DNA from: Oscillospiraceae bacterium
Lineage (GTDB): Bacteria > Bacillota > Clostridia > Oscillospirales > CAG-272
DNA: 39,516 bases
NCBI GenBank assembly: GCA_015063655.1
Contig: SVTU01000001.1
Location: 1-39,516, forward strand
Reading direction: 5' to 3'
A program made the position numbers and the translations under genes. Under the pieces are notes generated by a model. That model searched no databases. It had not been told where the DNA came from and worked only from the letters and a program-made list of their open reading frames with translations. Positions 24,401 to 33,991 of the stretch are shown here, piece after piece (positions within the stretch are counted from its first letter, which is position 1; each line of letters begins with the position of its first letter).

Positions 24401-25744
24401 TCAGGCCTTTTGCTTGATCTTCAACAGATACGAGGTGTAATTGGAGAGAGTCAGCTCGGGCGTAAAACGCTCGCCGTAATAGGTCTGCTTTGCCACGAGC
24501 GAGAGATCGTGCTCCTTATCCAACACGTAATATTCGATTTCACTGCCAGCCTTGCAGCCAAAGTCACACAGATCGACCGAAACCTTTTTGTCGGCCGCCT
24601 CGTCATCATCGTTAAAATACGTCAGCATCACGGCAGCCTCACCGTCACGGCTTGCGGCACAAACGGTGACGTCGGGGTCATCCGACGAGGAAGCCACCGA
24701 CTCGCCCAAACGATACAGCACGTTAAACATATAGAAGGGATAGTAGCCCTTGAGCTTATCGCATACGATATCGGTGGAAAACATACCGTTCATCCCACAG
24801 GGACGGGCATCGTAGTACATCAGCATATCCAAAGGAAGCTCCTGACAGAGCATCATGACGGCAGCTATGAAGGCCGATCCCTTCAGGCCCTTTTCCGCTC
24901 TAAGTGAATATACCCAATCGTCACCCTCAAAACTACGAACGTAATTCCACTCGTTGAGAATGCTCTCCGCCTCGGCAAAGCCGTATTTGTCAAGCAAGTC
25001 CCTTGTTTCCTTTACTCTTTGGGCGATTTTATACGGATCACTTTTGTAACGGTGCCACGAGAAAAAGTCCAAGGGAGCCTTGAGTTGAGCGAGGAAATCC
25101 TCTGCCCATTCCATGTTGCCTGCCACAGCGGGACCGCCGATCTTGAGATGCGGGAAGCATGCCTTAAGGTGCTTGGCCGCCACGTCATACAGCTCGAAGA
25201 ACTGCAGCTTTGTTCCGCCCCAGCAGCGCTTATCTGCTTTATCGTCGGCATCAAGATCGGGCTCGTTCCAGATCTCCCAATATTCGATATCGTAATGGAA
25301 GCCGTTGGCCCAGCCCTCGGTATAGTGGCGGATGATATGCTCGCAGATCACCGCCCACTTATGAAAGTCCTTGGGCGGAAGCGTTCCGAACTTCTTAACG
25401 CCGTGCTCGATCTTAGAGCCAAGGCGATAAAAAGTCTTAACACCTGCATACTCGCACACCCTGATGTACTCATCCGTGCATTCAAACTCATACGAAGCGG
25501 GATCGTAGGGGTCTTTATCAAAGGTGCGGAAGATGTTATGTACATCCACGGTAAATTCTCGTCCGTACGTACCGTAAAAAGCTGCGTCATGGTTGCGCGC
25601 ATACGGAATGCCCGCCTCCATAAAGGCATCAATATTGGTGATGCGCTGGTCGGCGGCAAACTTGTAGACAGGACCGTTATTGACCGCATGCATGGGCTTG
25701 ACCTTCCCTGCCTTCTTTCCAAACTGAACCGATACCTGTGACAT
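24401..25744 (-). CDS. Clan GH-A glycoside hydrolase, GH39-like, paralogue 1; no signal peptide
   Basis: YWEIWNEPD acid/base motif. Start at MSQVSV with an AGGAGA RBS. Confidence 0.6.
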   Translation of the reverse strand: MSQVSVQFGKKAGKVKPMHAVNNGPVYKFAADQRITNIDAFMEAGIPYARNHDAAFYGTYGREFTVDVHNIFRTFDKDPYDPASYEFECTDEYIRVCEYAGVKTFYRLGSKIEHGVKKFGTLPPKDFHKWAVICEHIIRHYTEGWANGFHYDIEYWEIWNEPDLDADDKADKRCWGGTKLQFFELYDVAAKHLKACFPHLKIGGPAVAGNMEWAEDFLAQLKAPLDFFSWHRYKSDPYKIAQRVKETRDLLDKYGFAEAESILNEWNYVRSFEGDDWVYSLRAEKGLKGSAFIAAVMMLCQELPLDMLMYYDARPCGMNGMFSTDIVCDKLKGYYPFYMFNVLYRLGESVASSSDDPDVTVCAASRDGEAAVMLTYFNDDDEAADKKVSVDLCDFGCKAGSEIEYYVLDKEHDLSLVAKQTYYGERFTPELTLSNYTSYLLKIKQKA

Positions 25745-25761
25745 AACGTTTCTCCTATTCC

Positions 25762-27066
25762 TTAGAATTCTATCAGAACGACCGTATTGTTTTCGATCGT
25801 TTTGGCATGGGGTGCCCACGAAAGCAGGCGTTCTTCATCGATCACGTAATAACGGGCTCTAGACATATCCGCTCCCTTGATGACAAGCTCCTGCTCCTCT
25901 CCTGTCAGGTTGGAAAGCATCAAGGCTCCGTGCTTGCCGTCGGTTGCCGCCACAGCATACAGCCCCTCGGTGTCACACGTCAGTGCCGCCTGCGAGCCAA
26001 GCTGATAGAGTCGATTGAACGCCGCCATGGCATAATAGCCGTGAATGGGCTTCTTGGTCCTGATGTCAAACAACGGGCAATAGGGTGCGGTGTTGTTCCT
26101 CATGTCATAAATGCACAGCAAGGCGGGCGTACGCTCCTGCATGCCGAGCATCATGGCCGCAAGCTCGGCGGCATGGTGTGCCGTGCCGAATTCCTTACAA
26201 TAGGGATCCCATTCGTTGAGATGGTTTTCAATGTGAGACAGTCCGTATTCCTCAAGACGCTGTGCCACATACCGTTCGAAGATCAACGTGTTCTCGGTAT
26301 TGGCATAGCTGTGCCACGAGAAGAAATCAATGGGTGAGCCATGCTCCTTGACGTACGCAAGGAAGCCAAGGAAGAACGTATCGTAATACGTGTGATCGGG
26401 ATGGGTTGCCAGCTTTTCGGGGGTGTCGATTATATGATAAAAGCCACAAGAACCGTAGCCACCGATCTTAATGTGGGGAAATCTGGCCTTGAGGTGCTTG
26501 GCGGTGACGTCATACAGTCGGTACAGCTCCTCGGGCGTGCCCGACCACATCTCGGACGGTTTGCCCTTCAGGGCGTTATCAGGCTCATTCCAGATTTCCC
26601 AATAGGTGATCTTATAAGTGAAGCCGTCAGCCCAGCCCTCTGTATAGTGAGCAATCACATGCTCACAGATGCGTGCCCACTTGTGATAATCCTTGGGGGG
26701 ATCGGTGCGGTAGGTCTTAATATACGAGGCATTCTCAATGGTAACGCCAAGGCGGAAGTATGGCTCAACGCCTGCCTCTACAAGAGCCGTGATGAGAACG
26801 TCAGTAAAGGTAAAATCGTAATTGGCGGGATCGTTCTCGTCGGCATCAAAATCACGGAACAGATTGGGGATATCCACAAAACGATTGCCACCGTACGCCC
26901 CACCCACGTCATGGAGACGGGAATACGGAATACCTGCTTCGGTCAAATAGTGAAAGTACTTGTCAATAGGTTTGCTTCCAATAAGAGGCGGCTGTCCGCC
27001 ACCGTGCATCGGCTTGATCTTGCCCACGATATTGTTCATATCCAATGTAATCCTTGACATCATCAT
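25762..27066 (-). CDS. Clan GH-A glycoside hydrolase, GH39-like, paralogue 2; no signal peptide
   Basis: YWEIWNEPD, HKWARICEHVIAHYTEGWADGF and FFSWH blocks are shared with paralogue 1. There are three tandem ATGs, and the third (27060) has the best RBS spacing. Confidence 0.6.
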   Translation of the reverse strand: MMMSRITLDMNNIVGKIKPMHGGGQPPLIGSKPIDKYFHYLTEAGIPYSRLHDVGGAYGGNRFVDIPNLFRDFDADENDPANYDFTFTDVLITALVEAGVEPYFRLGVTIENASYIKTYRTDPPKDYHKWARICEHVIAHYTEGWADGFTYKITYWEIWNEPDNALKGKPSEMWSGTPEELYRLYDVTAKHLKARFPHIKIGGYGSCGFYHIIDTPEKLATHPDHTYYDTFFLGFLAYVKEHGSPIDFFSWHSYANTENTLIFERYVAQRLEEYGLSHIENHLNEWDPYCKEFGTAHHAAELAAMMLGMQERTPALLCIYDMRNNTAPYCPLFDIRTKKPIHGYYAMAAFNRLYQLGSQAALTCDTEGLYAVAATDGKHGALMLSNLTGEEQELVIKGADMSRARYYVIDEERLLSWAPHAKTIENNTVVLIEF

Positions 27067-27104
27067 TCCTCCTTAACATGTTCGGCTTGCCCCGACTCAC
27101 CTAC

Positions 27105-27132
27105 ATTATAGCATACACCAAATCCATGTCAA
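27105..27132 (-). promoter_or_regulatory. Sigma-A promoter (TTGACA-N16-TGcTATAAT) for the GH39-like pair
   Basis: On the minus strand the -35 is at 27132-27127 and the -10 at 27110-27105. Confidence 0.6.
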
Positions 27133-27161
27133 TAGCTTTTTTTACGAAAAATTTTCGAAAT

Positions 27162-27204
27162 GTAAAACTCGGTGTGCTTGCCCAAGATTATGGCAAGCAC
27201 ACCG
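27162..27204 (-). terminator. Intrinsic terminator after recX
   Basis: 13-bp stem CGGTGTGCTTGCC / GGCAAGCACACCG followed by AGTTTTAC on the minus strand. Confidence 0.75.
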
Positions 27205-27210
27205 AAAACG

Positions 27211-27852
27211 TTATATATTCTCTTGCTTGAAGCGAGCGTATGCCTCTTGGATCTGCGAGGCGGAATAGCCAAGGCGCACAAGAGCGGAAAAGGCTTTTTT
27301 TCGATCGCAGGGATTGTCAATAGCCGTCCCGTAACGGGATGCGATCAGTGCCTCGCAGTTACCGAGGATCTGCTCCTCATCCAAGGCGTTCACTGCGGCC
27401 TTCACGTACGCCTCACGGTAGCCCTTTTGCAAAAGCTCCGCGGCTATGCGGCGCTGTCCCCACTGCTTGGCAACGCCCCGCTCGGCAAGGCGCACCGTAT
27501 CAGACGCCTCGTCTATATAGCCCATCTGCACAAGCGTGCGAACAGCCGCACGCGCCATCGCCTCGGTTATACCCTTGTGGCGTAGCTTATAGGCAAGCTG
27601 TCTCTCCGAGCAAGGGCCGTATAACAAGGCGCTCACGCCTCGGCGCACCGCCAGGCACAGCTCGGCTTCCTTCTCTAGGCGGGAAAACGTCGCCTCATCA
27701 ATCTCCCCCTTGACCACACCAAGAGAGGCAAAGCGAGAGGCAAGCACCAAAAGCTCACGCGTATCCCGATGCTCACCGTCGCTCAGCACAACGAAAAGGC
27801 GGACGTTCGCTCCGTCTCCCGTTGCCGTGATAGCGCTTACCGTAACGGTCAT
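27211..27852 (-). CDS. recX: Recombination regulator RecX
   Basis: Repeated three-helix RecX motifs (SERQLAYKLRHKGI, ELLQKGY, ALVRLGY). Lies directly downstream of recA. Confidence 0.85.
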   Translation of the reverse strand: MTVTVSAITATGDGANVRLFVVLSDGEHRDTRELLVLASRFASLGVVKGEIDEATFSRLEKEAELCLAVRRGVSALLYGPCSERQLAYKLRHKGITEAMARAAVRTLVQMGYIDEASDTVRLAERGVAKQWGQRRIAAELLQKGYREAYVKAAVNALDEEQILGNCEALIASRYGTAIDNPCDRKKAFSALVRLGYSASQIQEAYARFKQENI

Positions 27853-27854
27853 GC

Positions 27855-28979
27855 TTATTCCTCAAGCTCGGATTTGAGCGTGCGAATATCGAAATCGTCC
27901 ATATCGTCGTCAAGCTCAAGCTCATCCTCATCCTCAGCCGTTTCGATCTTATCCTTCATGGCACGGATCTTGGCATCCAGCTCTGCAAGCAATGCGGGAT
28001 TGCCCTCGATCATCTTGCGCACGTTGTCCTTTCCCTGCCCGATGCGCTCGCCGTTATAGGAGAACCACGAGCCGCTCTTTTGAATGATACCGAGGTCGAT
28101 GCTGTAATCGATGATCTCACCCGAGCGGGAAATGCCCTTGCCGTAGAGGATATCGAACTCCGCTACCTTGAAGGGGGGCGCCACCTTATTCTTCACGACC
28201 TTACAGCGTACGTGGTTACCGTAAATATCGTTACCGTTTTTGAGCTGATCTGCCTTGCGCACGTCGATACGCACCGAGGCGTAGAATTTGAGCGCACGGC
28301 CGCCGGGGGTGGTTTCGGGATTGCCGTACATCACGCCGACCTTCTCACGAAGCTGGTTGATAAACACCACCACCGCATTGCTCTTGGAGATCACGGCGGA
28401 AAGCTTTCTCATGGCCTGCGACATCAAGCGTGCCTGCACGCCAACGACAGCCTGCCCCATGTCGCCCTCGATCTCCTGACGGGGCACGAGTGCCGCCACG
28501 GAGTCCACGACCACCACGTCAATAGCACCCGAGCGAACAAGTGCCTCGGTAATGTCCAACGCATCCTCTCCACAGTCGGGCTGAGAGACGAGCAAATTGT
28601 TAATATCCACGCCAAGTGCCTTGGCGTACACGGGATCGAGCGCATGCTCGGCATCAATGAAGGCCGCCTCGCCGCCAAGCTTTTGTACCTCGGCAATGAT
28701 ATGGAGAGCGACCGTGGTCTTACCCGAGGACTCGGGGCCAAAGATCTCAATGATACGGCCGCGCGGCACGCCGCCGATACCGAGAGCAAGGTCCAAGGAG
28801 ATCGAGCCTGTGCTGACAGCCTGCACCTCCATGTGCGTATTCTCACCCAGCTTCATGATCGAGCCTGCGCCAAAGTCACGCTCAAGCTGAGCGATCGCCG
28901 TATTCAGTGCCTTCTTTTTTGCCGCCGCATCGCTTCCCTGAGGAAGCATCTCGGTTGTTTTCTTGCTTGCCTTAGCCAT
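27855..28979 (-). CDS. recA: Recombinase RecA
   Basis: GPESSGKTT Walker [10 protein letters not shown], an L1/L2 region, and an acidic C-terminal tail. An AAAGGAGA RBS supports the start at 28979. Confidence 0.97.
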   Translation of the reverse strand: MAKASKKTTEMLPQGSDAAAKKKALNTAIAQLERDFGAGSIMKLGENTHMEVQAVSTGSISLDLALGIGGVPRGRIIEIFGPESSGKTTVALHIIAEVQKLGGEAAFIDAEHALDPVYAKALGVDINNLLVSQPDCGEDALDITEALVRSGAIDVVVVDSVAALVPRQEIEGDMGQAVVGVQARLMSQAMRKLSAVISKSNAVVVFINQLREKVGVMYGNPETTPGGRALKFYASVRIDVRKADQLKNGNDIYGNHVRCKVVKNKVAPPFKVAEFDILYGKGISRSGEIIDYSIDLGIIQKSGSWFSYNGERIGQGKDNVRKMIEGNPALLAELDAKIRAMKDKIETAEDEDELELDDDMDDFDIRTLKSELEE

Positions 28980-29032
28980 TGTCATTCTCCTTTTTCTATC
29001 CGTATTCCCTATCATCGGGTCATCTTGATGCT

Positions 29033-29061
29033 ATTATACCGCCTTTACGTTCACTTGTCAA
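29033..29061 (-). promoter_or_regulatory. Sigma-A promoter, exact consensus TTGACA-N17-TATAAT, for recA
   Basis: On the minus strand the -35 is at 29061-29056 and the -10 at 29038-29033. Confidence 0.7.
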
Positions 29062-29193
29062 TATGTTTTTGAAATATTTTTTCCAAAAAGGGAATTTTTT
29101 TGTTATTCGTTATTTTTTGATTTGTGTTGAGTACCTTGAAATTTCCTTTTTTGGAATTGAAAAGCAAAACGAACATGATTTTCGGGTCCTTTC

Positions 29194-29222
29194 TTGACAT
29201 TTTGGGAGGCTTGCGGTATAAT
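29194..29222 (+). promoter_or_regulatory. Sigma-A promoter, exact consensus TTGACA-N17-TATAAT, for the serine hydrolase gene
   Basis: -35 at 29194-29199 and -10 at 29217-29222. Confidence 0.7.
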
Positions 29223-29255
29223 GTAACCGAATACAATACGGAAAGGAGCTTTGAC

Positions 29256-30395
29256 ATGAATTTTGAAAAGCTTGAAGCCTTAATGGATACCCTGCCCGTC
29301 TGCGGCTATCCCGTCGCTGATCTGTCGGTTACACATCACGGTAAGGAGGTCTTTCGCCGCATGGTCGGATATGCCGACACCGAGCGTACCGTCCCCGTAA
29401 GCGAAAATGATCTGTTTTGGATCTTCTCCTGCACCAAAATCGCCACCTGCGCCCTGGCACTGAAGCTTGTGGAGGAGGGCAAGCTCTCTCTTGACGATGA
29501 GGTTGCCAAGTATCTGCCCGCATACGGCACGCTCTTCGTACGCCGTGAGGGCGACCGCCTCTCACGCTTGCAAAGCCCCATGAGAATATGGCATCTGTTC
29601 ACCATGACGGCAGGCCTCAACTACGATTATAAAACACCCGCCATCAAGCAGCTGCTGCAGGATCCCCATGCCACCACGCTGCAGCTTGCCAATGCGCTCA
29701 CTGAGGCCCCCTTGGATTTTGAGCCCGGCACACGCTATAAATACAGCCTCTGCCACGACGTGCTTGGTGCTGTGATCGAGGTAGCAAGCGGCATGCGCTT
29801 TGCCGACTACGCCCAAAAGGAGCTGTTTGATCCTCTTGGCATGACAAGCACGGGCTTCCATCCCTCACCCGAGCAGGAAAAGCGTATTCTTCCCCTCTAC
29901 ACCTTTGAAAGCAATTTCGGAAGAGCGATTCCTGCCTCCTACGGCAATACCAATTCCTACCGCCTGACCGACTGTGTGGATAGCGGCGGTGCGGGTATCT
30001 TCACCACGACCTCCGACTACAAAGAGTTTGCCGCCACCCTTGCCTGCGGCGGTCTGGCGCCGAACGGCTACCGCTTCCTTAAGAAGGAGACGGTGGAGAT
30101 GATGAAGAAGAATTATCTGTGCGATGCCGCGCGGGGTGATTTCTCGGGCGGACGCTTCTTCGGCTACGGCTGGGGACTTGGCGGACGCGTTCATATGGAG
30201 CCTGTTTACTCTAAAGCCCTCTCCCCCGTGGGTGAATTTGGCTGGGACGGTGCGGCCAACGGCTATCTCTTGGCGGACACCGACAATGAGATCGGTATTT
30301 TCTTCAACGCCACCGTGCGCAGCTGCAGCTACGGCTACAACGTCATCCATCCCCGTATCCGTGACTACGTTTACGAGGCATTGACCCAATCGTAA
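29256..30395 (+). CDS. Serine hydrolase of the beta-lactamase / class C-related esterase family
   Basis: S-x-x-K motif in IFSCTKIATCALAL. Start at MNFEKL with a GAAAGGAG RBS. Confidence 0.8.
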   Translation: MNFEKLEALMDTLPVCGYPVADLSVTHHGKEVFRRMVGYADTERTVPVSENDLFWIFSCTKIATCALALKLVEEGKLSLDDEVAKYLPAYGTLFVRREGDRLSRLQSPMRIWHLFTMTAGLNYDYKTPAIKQLLQDPHATTLQLANALTEAPLDFEPGTRYKYSLCHDVLGAVIEVASGMRFADYAQKELFDPLGMTSTGFHPSPEQEKRILPLYTFESNFGRAIPASYGNTNSYRLTDCVDSGGAGIFTTTSDYKEFAATLACGGLAPNGYRFLKKETVEMMKKNYLCDAARGDFSGGRFFGYGWGLGGRVHMEPVYSKALSPVGEFGWDGAANGYLLADTDNEIGIFFNATVRSCSYGYNVIHPRIRDYVYEALTQS

Positions 30396-30405
30396 CGGAG
30401 CCGAC

Positions 30406-30450
30406 AAAGAAGGCTGTCTCAAGCCACGCTTGAGACAGCCTTCTTTATTA
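30406..30450. terminator. Bidirectional intrinsic terminator
   Basis: 18-bp stem AAAGAAGGCTGTCTCAAG / CTTGAGACAGCCTTCTTT. Confidence 0.8.
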
Positions 30451-30462
30451 TATTGGTAAGCT

Positions 30463-33105
30463 TTAGTTGTTTTTGCCAAGCTTTCTCTGGATCAGCTTAA
30501 CAAGCTCGACCACGGGGATCACGACCACACCAAGTCCGATGGCGATCACGTACTCAACAAGGCCGACGGGCGCAAAGCCGAAGGCGTTGGCGAGGAAGGA
30601 GATCTCACAAACGAGTGTCGTTGCCACGAGGGAGCCGACGCCTGCCAGCCACAGCGTCTTGTTCTGCGAGCCAAGGGCAAAGATACTGCCGCGCTGAGAA
30701 CGCATGTTGAAGCTGTGGAAGATCTCGGCCATCGACATGGTCAAGAACGCCATGGTCATGCCGTGGGCACTGTTCGTGATCTCCCAGTTCCCTGTTTCAA
30801 CGAAGTGGCCGATAAAGTACGAGGCAATGGTCAGCACGGTGACGAGCACGCCTTGGTAGGCGATATCCACACCCATGCCACCCGAGAAGATGCCTGCCTT
30901 GGCATTGCGGGGCTTGCGGCGCATGATATCAGGCTCTGCCTTCTCCATACCCAAAGCAAGTGCGGGGAAGCAGTCGGTCACCAGGTTGATCCAAAGCAGG
31001 TGAACGGGCTTGAGAATGGTAAAGCCCAAAAGGGTTGCCGTAAAGATGGACAGCACCTCGCTCATGTTCGAGCCGAGCAGGAACTGAATGGCCTTACGGA
31101 TGTTATCATAGATGCGGCGACCCTCCTCGACCGCGCCCACGATGGTGGCAAAATTATCGTCGGTCAACACCATGTCAGCTACGTTCTTGGTAACGTCCGT
31201 ACCCGTGATACCCATACCGACGCCGATGTCGGCACTCTTGATTGAGGGGGCGTCGTTGACGCCGTCACCCGTCATGGCGGTTACGTAGCCTGCCTTGCGC
31301 CAAGCGTTGACGATTCTCGTCTTATGCTCGGGCTGAACACGGGCATACACGCTGATATCCTTGAATTTGGCCTCAAACTCAGCATCGTCCATATCGTTGA
31401 GCTGTGCGCCCGTGATCGCACAGGTTTCCTCGGTGATGATGCCAAGCTCCTTGGCGATCGCCACAGCGGTATCAATATGGTCACCCGTGATCATGATGGG
31501 ACGGATGCCTGCGCTGCGGCACTGTACAATCGCGTCCTTGACCTCGGGACGAACGGGATCGATCATACCGCAAAGGCCAACGAAGCAAAGGTTCTCCTCC
31601 AAATGCTCTGCCTCGTAATCGGCAGGTGCATTCTCATACACTCTCATCGAGCAGGCAAGCACACGCAAAGCCTTGTCTGCCATGGTCTTGTTGGCTGCAA
31701 GAATGGTATTCTTATACGCCTCGGTCATGGGAACGGGCTTGCCGTCCTCAAGATAGTGTGTGCAGCGCCCGATCACCACGTCGGGCGCACCCTTGGTGTA
31801 CTGCGTGTAGTGACCCTCCGTCACGTGCACGGTGGACATCATCTTTCGGGCCGAGTCAAAGGGAGCCTCGCCCGAGCGGGGGAAGCTTGCCTTGAGATCG
31901 TACTTCTTCATGCCGAGCTTATCCGCCCAAACAACAAGTGCCGCCTCAGTGGGCTCGCCCGTTACGTTTCCGTCGGTATCGATCTCGGCATCACAGCAAA
32001 GAGCCATTGCCGAGGCGATCTGCTTCTCGTTCTCACCGAAGAAGTCCACAACGGTCATTTTGTTCTGTGTCAACGTTCCCGTCTTATCCGAGCAAATGAT
32101 CTGCGCACAGCCAAGCGTTTCCACCGCCGTAAGACGGCGAATGATGGCGTTGCGCTTGGACATGTTGGTAACGCCGATGGAAAGCACCACGGTCACCACA
32201 GCGGCAAGTCCCTCGGGAATGGCCGCAACAGCCAGCGAAACAGCGATCATAAAGGAAGGAAGAATGGTTTCGTTAAAGCTGAAATTGCCTGCACGTAAAA
32301 GCTGAACGCCGAACACAACGATACAGATACCAAGCACAAGCCAGGTAAGGATCTTGGAAAGCTGATTCAGCTTTCTCTGCAGGGGCGTCTCTCCGTCCTC
32401 TGCCTGCTGAAGCGCACCTGCGATCTTACCCATTTCGGTATCCATGCCCGTAGCGGTCACAACGGCCGTGCCGCGTCCGTACACAACGGTGGAGCCCATA
32501 TACAGCATGTTCTTGCGGTCACCGAGGGGAACGTCCTTCTCTCCATCCTTGAGATTGATAATATCGATGAATTTGGTAACGGGGACAGACTCACCCGTCA
32601 GCGCGGCCTCCTCGACCTTCAGGCTTGCGTTCTCCAAAATTCTCGCATCGGCGGGAACGGCATCGCCTGCCTCCAGCAGAATGATATCGCCAACGACCAG
32701 ATCCTCACTGTGAATGATCTGCACCTTACCGTCACGCAACACCTTTGACGTCGCCGCCGACATCTCCTGAAGGGCCTCGATGGCCTTCTCTGCCTTGCTC
32801 TCCTGGTACACACCGAGAACAGCGTTCACGATAACCACCGCCAAAATGATGATGACGTCGGCAAAGCTCTCGCCCTCCACAACGGCCAACACGCCGCTGA
32901 TGGCTGCGGCGACCAGCAGAATGATGATCATCGGATCTGCCAGCTGCTCAAGAAAACGACGGAAGATCGACTTGCCCTTAGCGGCGGCCAATTTATTCTT
33001 ACCGTTTGTCTCCAAACGCTTGGCTGCCTCGGCAGAGGTAAGGCCTTCCCTCGCTCCGCCAACCTCTTGCAAGACCTTGTCGCCGTCTGTGCAATAAAAC
33101 TTCAT
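30463..33105 (-). CDS. P-type cation-transporting ATPase, Ca2+ (P2A/P2B, YloB-like) type
   Basis: DKTGTLT phosphorylation motif, TGES, MITGD, GDGVNDAP; 880 aa. Confidence 0.9.
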   Translation of the reverse strand: MKFYCTDGDKVLQEVGGAREGLTSAEAAKRLETNGKNKLAAAKGKSIFRRFLEQLADPMIIILLVAAAISGVLAVVEGESFADVIIILAVVIVNAVLGVYQESKAEKAIEALQEMSAATSKVLRDGKVQIIHSEDLVVGDIILLEAGDAVPADARILENASLKVEEAALTGESVPVTKFIDIINLKDGEKDVPLGDRKNMLYMGSTVVYGRGTAVVTATGMDTEMGKIAGALQQAEDGETPLQRKLNQLSKILTWLVLGICIVVFGVQLLRAGNFSFNETILPSFMIAVSLAVAAIPEGLAAVVTVVLSIGVTNMSKRNAIIRRLTAVETLGCAQIICSDKTGTLTQNKMTVVDFFGENEKQIASAMALCCDAEIDTDGNVTGEPTEAALVVWADKLGMKKYDLKASFPRSGEAPFDSARKMMSTVHVTEGHYTQYTKGAPDVVIGRCTHYLEDGKPVPMTEAYKNTILAANKTMADKALRVLACSMRVYENAPADYEAEHLEENLCFVGLCGMIDPVRPEVKDAIVQCRSAGIRPIMITGDHIDTAVAIAKELGIITEETCAITGAQLNDMDDAEFEAKFKDISVYARVQPEHKTRIVNAWRKAGYVTAMTGDGVNDAPSIKSADIGVGMGITGTDVTKNVADMVLTDDNFATIVGAVEEGRRIYDNIRKAIQFLLGSNMSEVLSIFTATLLGFTILKPVHLLWINLVTDCFPALALGMEKAEPDIMRRKPRNAKAGIFSGGMGVDIAYQGVLVTVLTIASYFIGHFVETGNWEITNSAHGMTMAFLTMSMAEIFHSFNMRSQRGSIFALGSQNKTLWLAGVGSLVATTLVCEISFLANAFGFAPVGLVEYVIAIGLGVVVIPVVELVKLIQRKLGKNN

Positions 33106-33136
33106 GCAAATTCCTCCTGTTTAAGATAATGCTACT

Positions 33137-33165
33137 ATTATATCATATCCGTTTTTGAATTACAA
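33137..33165 (-). promoter_or_regulatory. Sigma-A promoter (TTGTAA-N17-TGaTATAAT) for the ATPase gene
   Basis: On the minus strand the -35 is at 33165-33160 and the -10 at 33142-33137. Confidence 0.55.
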
Positions 33166-33268
33166 TACACGAAACAAAATCGCTGTTACATTTTTTCTCT
33201 TCTCTGCAATCCATGTTACAAATTTAGACATTTTTTGATAATTGTCCCAAAGTTTTTGCACAAAGCCC

Positions 33269-33297
33269 TTGAATTGTGCAATTTGTCATGATACAAT
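33269..33297 (+). promoter_or_regulatory. Sigma-A promoter (TTGAAT-N17-TGaTACAAT) for the TetR-family gene
   Basis: -35 at 33269-33274 and -10 at 33292-33297. Confidence 0.5.
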
Positions 33298-33338
33298 AAA
33301 TAGGAAAGCAACATATCCTTTTTGAGGAGGGACACTTC

Positions 33339-33854
33339 TTGGCAGATTCATACATAACCAAAAAAGCATTGGCTAACGCCTTAAAGGAGCTGATGGCAGA
33401 CATTCCCTTTGCTAAGATCAACATCAGCCACATATGCGACAAGTGCCAGATGAACCGAAAGAGCTTTTACTATCATTTCCGTGACAAGTACGATCTCATT
33501 AACTGGATCTTTGATACCGAGTTTTTGCAGACCCTGCCCCACGGCAAGATCATCACCCATTGGGAGCTGATCTGCGGACTGTGCGATTACTTTTACCGTG
33601 AGCAGGCCTTTTACCGCAAGGTGTTCAAGATCAAGGGGCAGAATTCGTTTTGTGAATACTTCCAATCCATCCTCACACCCATTCTTGAGCGTGAGCTTGC
33701 CACCCGCTCCCCCGACCGTGCCGCCACCCCCTTCTGCGTTCATTTTTACGTGGATGCCTTTATCTGCACCTTTGACCGCTGGCTCTCGGATAAAGAGCCC
33801 GATACGCCCGCACGCTTCACCGAAAAGCTCCGCACGTGCCTGGCCATTATGTAA
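33339..33854 (+). CDS. TetR-family regulator, DhaS (dihydroxyacetone kinase regulator)-like subgroup
   Basis: TTG start 7 nt after GAGGAGGG. KKALANALKELMADIPFAKINISHICDKCQMNRKSFYYHFRDKYDLINWIF is the typical HTH plus signature. Confidence 0.75.
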   Translation: MADSYITKKALANALKELMADIPFAKINISHICDKCQMNRKSFYYHFRDKYDLINWIFDTEFLQTLPHGKIITHWELICGLCDYFYREQAFYRKVFKIKGQNSFCEYFQSILTPILERELATRSPDRAATPFCVHFYVDAFICTFDRWLSDKEPDTPARFTEKLRTCLAIM

Positions 33855-33870
33855 ATCCTTTTCTAAAAAA

Positions 33871-33900
33871 ATGAGGACTTTCGTCCTCATTTTTTTATTT
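33871..33900 (+). terminator. Intrinsic terminator after the TetR-family gene
   Basis: ATGAGGAC-tttc-GTCCTCAT followed by a T-run. Confidence 0.8.
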
Positions 33901-33916
33901 TTTTATCAAAACCCCC

Positions 33917-33945
33917 TTTACAAGGCGCACAATATAGTGTATAAT
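33917..33945 (+). promoter_or_regulatory. Sigma-A promoter (TTTACA-N17-TATAAT) for the MFS gene
   Basis: -35 at 33917-33922 and -10 at 33940-33945. Confidence 0.6.
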
Positions 33946-33991
33946 CATGTCAGCGTTTATTTTTTCAAAGAAAAAGAAAGGACAGCAAAAA

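Noticed and set aside
25750-25775. A dif-like AT-rich sequence (TTCCTTAGAATTCTATCAG) between the two GH genes.
   Set aside because: It has only loose resemblance to Firmicute dif (ACTTCCTAGAATATATATTATGTAAACT). It is more simply the stop, spacer and RBS region.
29170-29184. A Cheo/LexA-box-like sequence, CGAACATGATTTTCG, in the recA / serine-hydrolase spacer.
   Set aside because: The spacing or the right half-site does not fit CGAAC-N4-GTTCG: it needs either a 5-nt spacer or two mismatches. It also lies nearer to the serine-hydrolase promoter than to the recA promoter. I found no convincing SOS box at recA, but that needs a PWM scan.
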